From NCBI GenBank assembly GCA_963750495.1, contig CAVVQV010000017.1:71327-135326 (forward strand): a stretch of DNA of 64,000 nt, read 5' to 3'. A program made the position numbers and the translations under genes. Origin of the DNA: an uncultured Actinomycetota bacterium. Lineage in GTDB: Bacteria; Actinomycetota; Actinomycetes; Propionibacteriales; Nocardioidaceae. Below are positions 55,880 through 64,000 of the stretch, in pieces. The stretch's first letter is position 1. Each line of letters opens with the position of its first letter. The notes under the pieces were generated by a model. That model saw only the letters and a program-made list of their open reading frames with translations, ran no database searches and was not told the DNA's origin.

Positions 55880-57079
55880 ATGAAGATTTTGCTAGTTGGT
55901 GCGGGGGGCGTGGGGGCGGCGTTCGCTGCGATCGCAGCGCGGCGGGACTTCTTCGAACGCGTGGTCATCGCCGACTACGACCTGTCCCGCGCCGAGCGGG
56001 CGGCCGCGGACGACGACAGATTCGACGCAGCCCAGGTCGACGCCTCGGACGCAGCATCGATCGAGGCACTGGTGCGCGCGCACCAGATCACGCACGTCAT
56101 GAACGCAGTTGACCCGCGCTTCGTGATGCCGATCTTCAACGGTGCGTACGCCGGGGGAGCGGACTACCTCGACATGGCGATGAGCTTGTCCCGGCCGCAC
56201 CCCGAGGCCCCATACGAGCAGACTGGGGTGATGCTCGGCGACGAGCAGTTCGCGGTCGCCGGCGACTGGGAGGCGGCCGGGCGCCTGGCACTGGTCGGCA
56301 TCGGCGTCGAGCCTGGCCTGTCGGACGTGTTCGCGCGGTACGCCGCCGACCATCTCTTCAGCGAGATCGACGAGCTCGGCGTACGCGACGGTGCCAACCT
56401 CACCGTCGACGGCTACGACTTTGCGCCGTCCTTCTCGATCTGGACGACGATCGAGGAATGCCTCAACCCGCCGGTCGTGTGGGAGAAAGACCGTGGCTGG
56501 TTCACGACCGAGCCGTTCTCCGAGCCGGAGGTCTTCGAGTTTCCGGAGGGCATCGGGCCGGTCGAGTGCGTGAACGTCGAGCACGAAGAGGTGCTCCTCA
56601 TGCCACGCTGGGTCGAGGCCAAGCGGGCGACGTTCAAGTACGGGCTCGGGGACGAGTTCATCGATGTGCTGAAGGTTCTGCACAAGCTCGGGCTCGACAA
56701 GACCGACAAGCTCCGGGTCGGCGGCGTCGAGGTCAGCCCGCGCGACGTGGTGGCCGCGAGCCTGCCTGACCCGGCCACGCTGGGCGACAAGATGCGGGGC
56801 AAGACCTGCGCGGGCTTGTTCGTCACGGGCAGGGGCAAGGACGGGCAGCCGCGGGCCACCTACCTGTATCACGTGGTCGACAACGAGTGGTCGATGCGCG
56901 AGTACGGCCACCAGTGCGTGGTCTGGCAGACCGCGGTCAACCCGGTCGTGGCGCTCGAGCTCCTGGCGGACGGCACCTGGTCGGGTGCCGGCGTGCTCGG
57001 CCCGGAGGCGTTCGACGCCGTACCCTTCCTCGACCTGCTGACCGCCTACGGATCCCCCTGGTCCCTCGAAGACCGTTGA
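55880..57079 (+). CDS. saccharopine dehydrogenase family oxidoreductase
   Basis: N-terminal Rossmann fold MKILLVGAGGVGAAFAAIA and family-typical length. ATG 55880 follows GGAAAGG. The TGA stop lies inside the first 22-bp repeat unit. Confidence 0.8.
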   Translation: MKILLVGAGGVGAAFAAIAARRDFFERVVIADYDLSRAERAAADDDRFDAAQVDASDAASIEALVRAHQITHVMNAVDPRFVMPIFNGAYAGGADYLDMAMSLSRPHPEAPYEQTGVMLGDEQFAVAGDWEAAGRLALVGIGVEPGLSDVFARYAADHLFSEIDELGVRDGANLTVDGYDFAPSFSIWTTIEECLNPPVVWEKDRGWFTTEPFSEPEVFEFPEGIGPVECVNVEHEEVLLMPRWVEAKRATFKYGLGDEFIDVLKVLHKLGLDKTDKLRVGGVEVSPRDVVAASLPDPATLGDKMRGKTCAGLFVTGRGKDGQPRATYLYHVVDNEWSMREYGHQCVVWQTAVNPVVALELLADGTWSGAGVLGPEAFDAVPFLDLLTAYGSPWSLEDR

Positions 57080-57163
57080 ACCGTGAGTTGTGGCTCCTTC
57101 AACCGTGAGTTGTGACTCCTTCAACCGTGAGTTGTGGCTCCTCGAACCGTGAGTTGTGGTGCT
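57076..57163 (+). repeat. 22-bp tandem repeat family, locus B (4 units)
   Basis: TTGAACCGTGAGTTGTGGCTCC / TTCAACCGTGAGTTGTGACTCC / TTCAACCGTGAGTTGTGGCTCC / TCGAACCGTGAGTTGTGGTGCT. The stop TGA at 57077-57079 is in unit 1. Confidence 0.97.
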
Positions 57164-57183
57164 TCGTCACACGGAAGGTCGGA

Positions 57184-58250
57184 ATGCTGAGAACACGTCT
57201 TGGTTGGCTTCTCGACGTGAGCACCTCTCAAGATCCCGAAGTCCGCCCGCTGTCCCTGCTCGATTTCGTCGACATTCCGTCAGGGCTGTCGGCAACCGAG
57301 GCGATGGCGCGGACCGTCACGACGGCCCAGGCAGCGGACCGCCTGGGCTACAAGCGCTTTTGGATCTCTGAGCATCACAACTTCGAAGGACTGGCGAGCA
57401 GCTCGCCAGAGATCCTGATCAGCCACGTGGCCTCGGCCACTCGGAGCATCCGGTAGGAGCCGCCGGGATCATGCTGCCGAACCACGCGCCGCTCAAGGTC
57501 GCCGAGTGGTTCAAGACTCTCGAGATGCTGCACCCGGGTCGCATCGACCTCGGCCTGGGGAGGGCACCGGGCACTGACCAGGTCACGGCATTCGCGCTAC
57601 GGCGCTCGCGCGAGTCAGCGGGTGCTCCTGACTTTCCGGAGCAGGCTGCCGAGCTGATCGCGTTCCTCACCGACGAATGGCCGGACGAGCATCCCTTCGC
57701 CACGGTGCGAGCCACGCCGGTCGTGGATGGTCAGCCCGAACTGCTGATGCTGGGATCGAGCGGTTGGGGATCGGCGTTCGCGGCCGTGAACGGGATGACC
57801 TCGGTCTTCGCACACCACATGAGCCCCGACCTCGCGGTCGACGCGCTTCAGGCGTACCGGCGAGACTTCCGACCGTCCGAGCTGGGTAGTGCGCCGCGCG
57901 TCATCGTGTCCGCTCTCGCGCTGGCCTCGCACGATCCCGATGTGGTGGCCGACTTCCGCGCCGGCTGGACCCTGGGTATGCGCTATATCCGCAGCGGTGC
58001 GAAGCGTAGGCCGACGCCCGAGGAGATCCGCGAGTTCCGGACGTCGTCGAAGTACGCCGAGATCGAACCGACGCTGCGGGGGCGTGTCTTCGCGGGGTCG
58101 CCCGACGTGGTTGCCCGCGACCTGGCGGCGCTCGCAGATGCTGCCGGCGCCGATGAACTGACGCTGGTCGCGCCGACGCCCGACCACGAAGCCAAGCTGG
58201 CCTCGCTCGAACTCCTGGCCAAGCAGTGGGGCCTGGAGCCGCAAGTCTGA
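57184..58250 (+). pseudogene. LLM-class (luciferase-like) flavin-dependent oxidoreductase, frameshifted
   Basis: N-part (57184-57456: PLSLLDFVDIPSG...[14 protein letters not shown]...SATRSIR*) and C-part (57471-58250: [34 protein letters not shown]...) are in different frames. Restoring one G at 57451-57453 gives [18 protein letters not shown]. Confidence 0.85.
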
Positions 58251-58268
58251 CGTCCATACTGAGCTTTC

Positions 58269-58408
58269 GGCTCGAGGGGCCACAACTCACGGCTCGAGGG
58301 GCCACAACTCACGGTTCGAGGGGCCACAACTCACGGTTCGAGGGGCCACAACTCACGGTTCGAGGGGCCACAACTCACGGTTCAAGGAGCCACAACTCAC
58401 GGTTCAAC
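58269..58408 (-). repeat. 22-bp tandem repeat family, locus C (6 units plus an 8-nt partial), reverse orientation
   Basis: Plus strand: GGCTCGAGGGGCCACAACTCAC x2, GGTTCGAGGGGCCACAACTCAC x3, GGTTCAAGGAGCCACAACTCAC, then GGTTCAAC. On the minus strand the array begins 10 nt after the TAG of the 58418-59650 gene. Confidence 0.97.
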
Positions 58409-58417
58409 GAAGGCGGG

Positions 58418-59650
58418 CTAGGAGTCGAGGGCGGTCGTGATGGCTGAGGCGAGGTCGTCGACCTCGGAGTCGGTCATCACGAAGGCGGGGGAGACCTGGA
58501 TGCCGCCGGCACCGACCGCGCGGGTGGCCACGCCGTGTGACCGCAGCATCTTGGCCAGCGCCATCGCCTCGGCGGGATCGCTGAGCTGGATCGCCGCCAG
58601 CGCACCGGTTCCACACCGCACCTCGACGACGCGTTCGTGATCCGCCAGCGGCTTGAGCCGCGCAGCCAGCGACGACTCGAGGCGAGCCGACTCGTCCAAC
58701 AGGTTCTCCCGCTCGAGGATGTCGAGGTTGGCCAGCGCCACCGCCGCCGCGGCGGCATGTCCGGAGTACGTGTAGCCGTGCCGCCACCACACCCCGGCGT
58801 CCGGCTGGAAGAACGGCTCGGACACCTTCGGCGCGATCAGCACCGCACCCATAGGCAGGTAGCCCGAGGTCAGACCCTTGGCTGTGGTGATCATGTCGGG
58901 CTCGAGCCCGAACCGACCGCTTGCGAACCAGGCGCCGCCGATGCGCCCGTAGCCCGTCACGACCTCGTCGGCCACGAACAGCACGTCGTACTCCGTGCAC
59001 ACCTTGCGGACGTCGGCGAGATAACCGTCCGGCGGTGGGTAGACGCCGCCCGCGCCGATCACGGGCTCGCAGAAGAACGCCGCGACGTTCTCCGGCCCGA
59101 GCCGCTCGATCGTCGTACGCAGGTCTCCGGCGTCATCCCACGCGACCGTGGCGCTGTCGTGCACCAGGTCGCCGTAACCCTCGCGGTTACCCGGAATCCC
59201 GGCGATCGACGTCCCGGCGTAGTGCATGCCGTGGTAGGCCTTCTGCCGTCCGATCAGGTAGCGCCGCTGGGGCTGACCCATCTCGTTCCAGTACCGACGG
59301 GCCAGCTTCGCCGCGGTGTCGACCGAGTCCGAGCCACCCGACGTGAAGAACACCTTCGAGCCGGGCACCGGTGCGATCCCTGCGAGCCGTTCCGCGAGCG
59401 CCACCGTCGGCTCGGTCACGTAGTCGCCGAACGTGCTGTACGCCGCCATCTTGCTCATCTGCTCGGCAGCGACCTCGCCGAGCTCGGCACGGCCATGTCC
59501 GACGTTGGTGAACCAGAGCCCCGCCGTGGCGTCGAGGTAACGGTTGCCCTCGGGGTCGAAGACGTACGTACCCTCGCCGCGCGCGATGACGAACTCGCCG
59601 TTGCGTTCGACGGCTCCCATGTCCGAGAACGGATGCCATAGCGCGCCCAT
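58418..59650 (-). CDS. class III (omega) aminotransferase
   Basis: MGALWHPFSDMG..., TNVGHGR, ADEVVTGYGRIGG, and the PLP-lysine region ITTAKGLTSGYLPMG. ATG 59650 follows AAGGAG. Confidence 0.88.
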   Translation of the reverse strand: MGALWHPFSDMGAVERNGEFVIARGEGTYVFDPEGNRYLDATAGLWFTNVGHGRAELGEVAAEQMSKMAAYSTFGDYVTEPTVALAERLAGIAPVPGSKVFFTSGGSDSVDTAAKLARRYWNEMGQPQRRYLIGRQKAYHGMHYAGTSIAGIPGNREGYGDLVHDSATVAWDDAGDLRTTIERLGPENVAAFFCEPVIGAGGVYPPPDGYLADVRKVCTEYDVLFVADEVVTGYGRIGGAWFASGRFGLEPDMITTAKGLTSGYLPMGAVLIAPKVSEPFFQPDAGVWWRHGYTYSGHAAAAAVALANLDILERENLLDESARLESSLAARLKPLADHERVVEVRCGTGALAAIQLSDPAEAMALAKMLRSHGVATRAVGAGGIQVSPAFVMTDSEVDDLASAITTALDS

Positions 59651-59745
59651 TGGTGCTCCTTCGCAGATCGAGACCTGATTCCGAGCAACGTATCCCAACG
59701 ACGGAGCCGCAGCAGTCCCCGGTCCCGGAGAGGTCCCGCACAGGG

Positions 59746-61095
59746 TCAGGAGACGTCGGCGAGCGCCTTCTCGAGCACCGTCAGCGCCTCGTCGATGAGT
59801 GCGTCGGAGATCACCAGCGGTGGCAGGAAGCGGAAGACGTTCCCGAACGTGCCGCATGTCAGCGTGAGCACGCCCTCGGCGTGACAAGCCTTGTTGACGG
59901 CCGTGGCCGCTGCGGGGTTCGGGGTCGCCGTGCCGGGCTCGACGAGCTCGATGGCGAGCATCGCACCGCGCCCACGCACGTCACCGATCACGGGATAGCG
60001 CGTGGCGAGGTCACGCAGCCGCCCGAGCATCAGGTCGCCGATGTGGCGGGCGCGCGCCGCAAGGTCCTGCTCGCGCATGGTGGCGATGGTGCCGAGCGCC
60101 GCGGCGCAAGCGACCGGGTTGCCGCCGTAGGTGCCCCCAAGGCCCCCGGCCTTGACGGAGTCCATGATCTCGGCACGCCCCGTGACGGCCGCGAGTGGGA
60201 GACCGCCGGCGATGCCCTTCGCCGTGGTGATGAGGTCGGGTACGACGCCCTCGTCGTCACAGGCGAACCAGTCGCCGGTGCGGCAGAAGCCGGTCTGGAT
60301 CTCGTCGGCCACGAACACGACGCCGTTGTCGGTGCACCACCGGGCCAGCCCGGGCAGGAAGCCGGCGGCGGGTACGACGAAGCCGCCCTCGCCGAGAATC
60401 GGCTCGATGACCAGGCAGGCGATGTTGTGGGCGCCGACCTGCTTGTCGATCATGGTGATCGCGCGCTCGGCCGCCTCTTCGCCGGATACCTCTGACGTCT
60501 CGCGGAAGGGATAGGACATGGGCGCCCGGTAGACGTCGCCGGCAAACGGCCCGAAGCCGTCCTTGTACGGCACGTTCTTCGATGTCATCGCCATCGTCAG
60601 GTTGGTCCGACCGTGGTAGCCGTGGTCGAAGACGACGACGCCGCGTCGACCCGTGTGGGTGCGCGCGATCTTGACGGCGTTCTCGACGGCTTCGGCGCCG
60701 CTGTTGAGCAGCACGGACTTCTTCGCGTGGTCACCCGGGGTCAGCTCGTTGAGCTGTTCGCACACCTCCACGTAGCCCTCGTACGGGGCGACCATGAAAC
60801 ACGTGTGCGTGAACTGGGCCACCTGGGCGCTGACCCGCTCGACGACCGCCGGGGTCGCGTTGCCGACTCCCGTTACAGCGATACCCGACGCCATGTCGAT
60901 GATCGAGTTGCCGTCGACGTCGACGATCACTCCGCCGCCGGCGGCGACGACGTACACCGGCAGGGTGACGCCGATGCCGCCGGAGACGGCAGCCTCCTTG
61001 CGGGACTGCAGGTCACGCGAGCGGGGGCCGGGGATCTCGGTGACGATGCGCCGTTCCTGGGGGAGCGACGGGCCGCCTACGGGGGTGTCAGACAT
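59746..61095 (-). CDS. gabT: 4-aminobutyrate--2-oxoglutarate transaminase
   Basis: IVTEIPGPRSRDL, SGIAVTGVGN, ADEIQTGFCRTG, and the PLP-lysine region ITTAKGIAGGLPL. ATG at 61095. Confidence 0.88.
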   Translation of the reverse strand: MSDTPVGGPSLPQERRIVTEIPGPRSRDLQSRKEAAVSGGIGVTLPVYVVAAGGGVIVDVDGNSIIDMASGIAVTGVGNATPAVVERVSAQVAQFTHTCFMVAPYEGYVEVCEQLNELTPGDHAKKSVLLNSGAEAVENAVKIARTHTGRRGVVVFDHGYHGRTNLTMAMTSKNVPYKDGFGPFAGDVYRAPMSYPFRETSEVSGEEAAERAITMIDKQVGAHNIACLVIEPILGEGGFVVPAAGFLPGLARWCTDNGVVFVADEIQTGFCRTGDWFACDDEGVVPDLITTAKGIAGGLPLAAVTGRAEIMDSVKAGGLGGTYGGNPVACAAALGTIATMREQDLAARARHIGDLMLGRLRDLATRYPVIGDVRGRGAMLAIELVEPGTATPNPAAATAVNKACHAEGVLTLTCGTFGNVFRFLPPLVISDALIDEALTVLEKALADVS

Positions 61096-61205
61096 GGGCT
61101 CACAGTACGACGTCGGCGCTGCTGCCGGGCGGCTTCGATTCGCACAATCGTGGCGGCCTCGCTTGTACGCTGTGGACAACCGGTCCCGGCGTTGAAGAGG
61201 TGGGT

Positions 61206-62771
61206 ATGAGCGCAACCCTTCGGCTCCTCCTGCGCCGCCCCGATCTCGGCCTCTCCCTCCTGGTCCCGGACCCCGCGACTGCGGCCGGGAGCGGCGACGC
61301 GCTGGACCGACCGATCCGCTGGGTGGCGACGAGCGAGCTGGCTGATCCGACGCCGTACCTCCAGGGCGGTGAGCTGCTGCTCACCAACGGAATCGGGGTT
61401 CCCAAGTCACGCCAGGCCATCGACCGATATGTCTCTCGACTGGTCGACGTCGGTGTCGTCGGGATGGGTTTCGCGGTCGGGACCGTGCACGACGCGGTGC
61501 CATCGGGGCTCGTCGCCAGCGCCCGGAACCGCGGCCTTCCGCTGGTGGTGGTGGCGGAGCCGGTCCCGTTCATCGCGGTCGGGGAGGCGGTTTCTGAGCT
61601 CCTGGCCAAGGAGCAGTACGGCGAGATCGCCGCCGCGTACGACGCTCAGCAGGAGATCACGCGAGCAGCCTTGCGACAAGGTGCTGCCGGGGTCGTCGCC
61701 CGGCTGTCGAGAAGTACCGGTGGCTGGGTCGTGCTCCTCGACCCGCACGGCGACGTCGTCGAGGCGTCGCGGCGTACGACCGCGGTCGAGCGCGAAAGCT
61801 GGCTGCCCGACCTCGAGCGGCTGCGGAGCCGGGGCCCGGCCACCGCGACCACCGTCGACACGCAAGAGCACCGGACGATCCAGTCGCTGGGCGCCTCCGG
61901 TCGGGTGCGCGGCTACCTGGTCACCGGAGTGGCCGGCAAGACCGCCCCGACCACCGCCCACCGTGCGCTCGTCAACGTCGCCGCCGCGCTTCTCACGTTC
62001 TCGTTGGCTCACGAGGGTGGGGCACGCGACCGACTGGCCCGGAGTGCACTCATGACGCTGGCGATGCGCCTCCCGGAGCAGGTGACGCCCCTCCTGCCCG
62101 AACTCGCCGGGCCGGTGTTCGAGGCCGGGGAGCTCTGGGTGGTGGCCGCGGGTGGAGAGCCGGCAGACCTCGAGACCTGGCACCAGCAGCTCGAGGACGA
62201 GGGGCGATCGCACTGCTTTCCCTGGGTGGAGCGGGCCAGTGATGGCAGCTCGCACTCCACTGGCGGCCGGGCGAGCACCGACCTGCTCCTGGTCGCTGTG
62301 TCTGACGAGCGTGAGCGTGACCGCCTACTCAGCCTGCAGCGACCCGCTGTCACCCTGGGCGCCAGCGAACGCGTAGGCATCGCCTTGCTGTCAACGGCTC
62401 GTGACCAGGCGATCAACAGCCTGCGCGTCGCCATGACCAGGCGGGTTCCCAGCCTGAGCTTCTCCGACCTGGGGCAGCTCGGACTGGCGGCGGTGGTCGA
62501 TCCGGAGGCGGCCGCCGCCTTCGCGGCCGCGACGCTGGAACAGCTGGCGGCGTACGAGCGCGCCTCTCACGTCGAGCTGCTCGAGAGCCTGCGGGCCTGG
62601 CTGGCGCATCACGGGCAGTACGAACCTGCCGCTGCTTCGCTGGGCATCCACCGGCACACCCTGCGCTACCGCGTCCGCAAAGCATCCGCGCTGATGGGCC
62701 GCGACCTCGACGACCCGGCGGCCCGGATGGACCTGTGGTTCGCACTGACTGTCCAGAGTGGACAACGCTGA
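61206..62771 (+). CDS. PucR family transcriptional regulator
   Basis: N-terminal PucR-like sensor region and the C-terminal HTH LGIHRHTLRYRVRKASALMGRDLDDPAARMDLWFAL. Divergent from gabT. The start is ATG 61206 or GTG 61200. Confidence 0.85.
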   Translation: MSATLRLLLRRPDLGLSLLVPDPATAAGSGDALDRPIRWVATSELADPTPYLQGGELLLTNGIGVPKSRQAIDRYVSRLVDVGVVGMGFAVGTVHDAVPSGLVASARNRGLPLVVVAEPVPFIAVGEAVSELLAKEQYGEIAAAYDAQQEITRAALRQGAAGVVARLSRSTGGWVVLLDPHGDVVEASRRTTAVERESWLPDLERLRSRGPATATTVDTQEHRTIQSLGASGRVRGYLVTGVAGKTAPTTAHRALVNVAAALLTFSLAHEGGARDRLARSALMTLAMRLPEQVTPLLPELAGPVFEAGELWVVAAGGEPADLETWHQQLEDEGRSHCFPWVERASDGSSHSTGGRASTDLLLVAVSDERERDRLLSLQRPAVTLGASERVGIALLSTARDQAINSLRVAMTRRVPSLSFSDLGQLGLAAVVDPEAAAAFAAATLEQLAAYERASHVELLESLRAWLAHHGQYEPAAASLGIHRHTLRYRVRKASALMGRDLDDPAARMDLWFALTVQSGQR

Positions 62772-62831
62772 CGTTCGGGTCATCCCGACCGTGACACGGC
62801 ACGGTTTGCCTGGGGGCACTAGCGTCGGGGT

Positions 62832-64000
62832 ATGACACGAGCATTCCCCCTGTGGATCGCCGGCAAGCAGGTCGACGGACCCGAGCCCCTCGAGATCACC
62901 AGCCCCTACGACGGACGAGCCGTCGGTACGACGTCGTGGGCCAGTCCCGAGCAGGTCGAGGACGCGGTTGCGGCCGCGGCCGCGCTGGCTGACGAGGCGG
63001 CCGCCCTGCCCATCCATGTGCGGGCGGACGCGCTGGCACACGTGAGCGGCCAGATCGCCGCGCGGGCCGAGGAGCTCGCACAGCTGATCACGGCCGAGAA
63101 CGGCAAGCCGCTGTTCTGGGCCCGAGGTGAGGTCGGTCGCGCCGTGTCGGTGTTCCGGCTCGCCGCCGAGGAGGCGCGGCGATGGTCGGGGGAGGCCATG
63201 CGCCTCGACACCGACAAGGCTGCAGCCGGCCGCCTGGCGTACATCCGCCGGGTGCCGAAGGGGCCGGTCCTGGCCATCTCACCGTTCAACTTCCCGCTCA
63301 ACCTGGTCGCCCACAAGGTCGCGCCGGCCATCGCCGTCGGGGCCCCCATCGTCCTCAAACCGGCGCCGAAGACGCCGCTGTCGGCGCTGCTCCTCGCCGA
63401 GATCGTGGCCGAGACCGACCTGCCCGCCGGCATGCTCAACGTCGTCAACGTCCAGAACGACCAGGCCGGCGAGCTCGTCGCCGACGAGCGGCTGCCGGTC
63501 ATCTCGTTCACCGGTTCAGGGCCGGTCGGCTGGTCGATCCAGAAGGCGGTGCCGCACAAGCACGTGACGCTGGAGCTCGGTGGCAACGCCGCCGCGGTCA
63601 TCTGTGCTGACTGGACGTCAGCCGACGACCTCGAGTGGGCGTCCACCCGCATCGCCACCTTCTCCAACTACCAGGCAGGTCAGTCCTGTATCGGGGTTCA
63701 GCGGGTCTACGTGGCCGAGTCCGTGTACGACGACTTCAAGGGCCGCCTGGTCGAGAAGGTCCAGGCGCTCAAGACCGGCGACCCCGGGGACGACGAGACC
63801 CAGGTCGGCCCGGTCATCAACATCGAAGCCGCCGAGCGGATCGAGGCCTGGGTCAACGAAGCCGTCACGCAAGGGGCCACGGTGCTGACCGGCGGCGGCC
63901 GCGACGGCGCAACCGTCGAGCCGACCGTGCTGGAGGGAGTCGCGTCGGACGCGAAGGTGTCCTGCGACGAGGTCTTCGGGCCGGTGGTGCTGATCGAGCC
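62832..64000 (+). CDS. aldehyde dehydrogenase family protein (succinate-semialdehyde dehydrogenase-like), 3-prime end beyond the window
   Basis: My own translation from ATG 62832 is open to the window end: MTRAFPLWIAGKQV..., SPFNFPLNLVAHKVAPA, ELGGNAA, catalytic Cys in YQAGQSCIGVQR. Not in the ORF track because no stop is reached. Confidence 0.85.
   Translation, partial: MTRAFPLWIAGKQVDGPEPLEITSPYDGRAVGTTSWASPEQVEDAVAAAAALADEAAALPIHVRADALAHVSGQIAARAEELAQLITAENGKPLFWARGEVGRAVSVFRLAAEEARRWSGEAMRLDTDKAAAGRLAYIRRVPKGPVLAISPFNFPLNLVAHKVAPAIAVGAPIVLKPAPKTPLSALLLAEIVAETDLPAGMLNVVNVQNDQAGELVADERLPVISFTGSGPVGWSIQKAVPHKHVTLELGGNAAAVICADWTSADDLEWASTRIATFSNYQAGQSCIGVQRVYVAESVYDDFKGRLVEKVQALKTGDPGDDETQVGPVINIEAAERIEAWVNEAVTQGATVLTGGGRDGATVEPTVLEGVASDAKVSCDEVFGPVVLIE

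Noticed and set aside
58269-58408. Could the 22-bp arrays (also 35045-35110 and 57076-57163) be CRISPR arrays?
   Set aside because: The units are directly abutting with no spacers. The unit length (22 nt) is below typical CRISPR repeats. No cas genes are present in the window, and the arrays lie on gene stop codons.
58226-58447. A 73-aa ORF encoding a repetitive peptide (GPQLTARGATTHGSRGHNSRFE...) across the 22-bp array. Similar ORF pieces occur at 35140-35191 and 57112-57180.
   Set aside because: The ORF exists only because the antisense strand of the repeat lacks stop codons. There is no start context, and the period of 22 nt rotates the frame at every unit.

Overview
A 64-kb chromosomal segment of about 70% GC, with gene content and order typical of an actinobacterium. 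An order-level guess of Propionibacteriales/Nocardioidaceae-like is inference only.

Three blocks:
- (i) 1-21.6 kb: the conserved translation and DNA-processing backbone rimM-trmD-rplS-lepB-lepB-rnhB-DUF2469-yraN-yifB-dprA-xerC, then an M23 peptidase, rpsB-tsf-pyrH-frr-cdsA and rlmN. A 5.3-kb insert sits between cdsA and rlmN. It carries a sortase with its adjacent surface protein, an alpha/beta hydrolase, a BNR propeller, a TrmH methyltransferase and a histidine phosphatase.
- (ii) 21.6-35 kb: a RIO kinase + LOG-like pair, a DUF4331-TPR-NicO module of unknown function (putatively metal-related), propionyl-CoA synthetase, and a PEP-dependent dihydroxyacetone kinase (dhaKLM, with DhaM carrying a full Enzyme I).
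- (iii) 35-64 kb: a polyamine / omega-amino-acid catabolic island. It holds two PotABCD-like ABC importers, three class-III transaminases including gabT, two to three aldehyde dehydrogenases, a PuuB-like FAD oxidase, glutaryl-CoA dehydrogenase, a saccharopine-dehydrogenase-family enzyme, and Lrp and PucR regulators. An HNH/DUF222 gene and an ECF sigma pair are inserted in it.

Three genes in block iii are disrupted: gcdH by a frameshift next to a hexanucleotide microsatellite, an LLM oxidoreductase by a 1-nt loss in a G run, and an MFS transporter by an in-frame TGA at codon 9.

The most unusual non-coding signal is a dispersed family of 22-bp head-to-tail repeats (core AACCGTGAGTTGTG) at three loci. 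Each array abuts or supplies the stop codon of a CDS and is oriented with that CDS. Several other short tandem repeats occur, both intergenic and in frame within genes (yraN, rpsB, NicO, gcdH).

I recognised no rRNA, tRNA, CRISPR-cas, transposase or prophage genes by eye, and no search tools were run. All protein calls come from my own motif recognition on the supplied translations.
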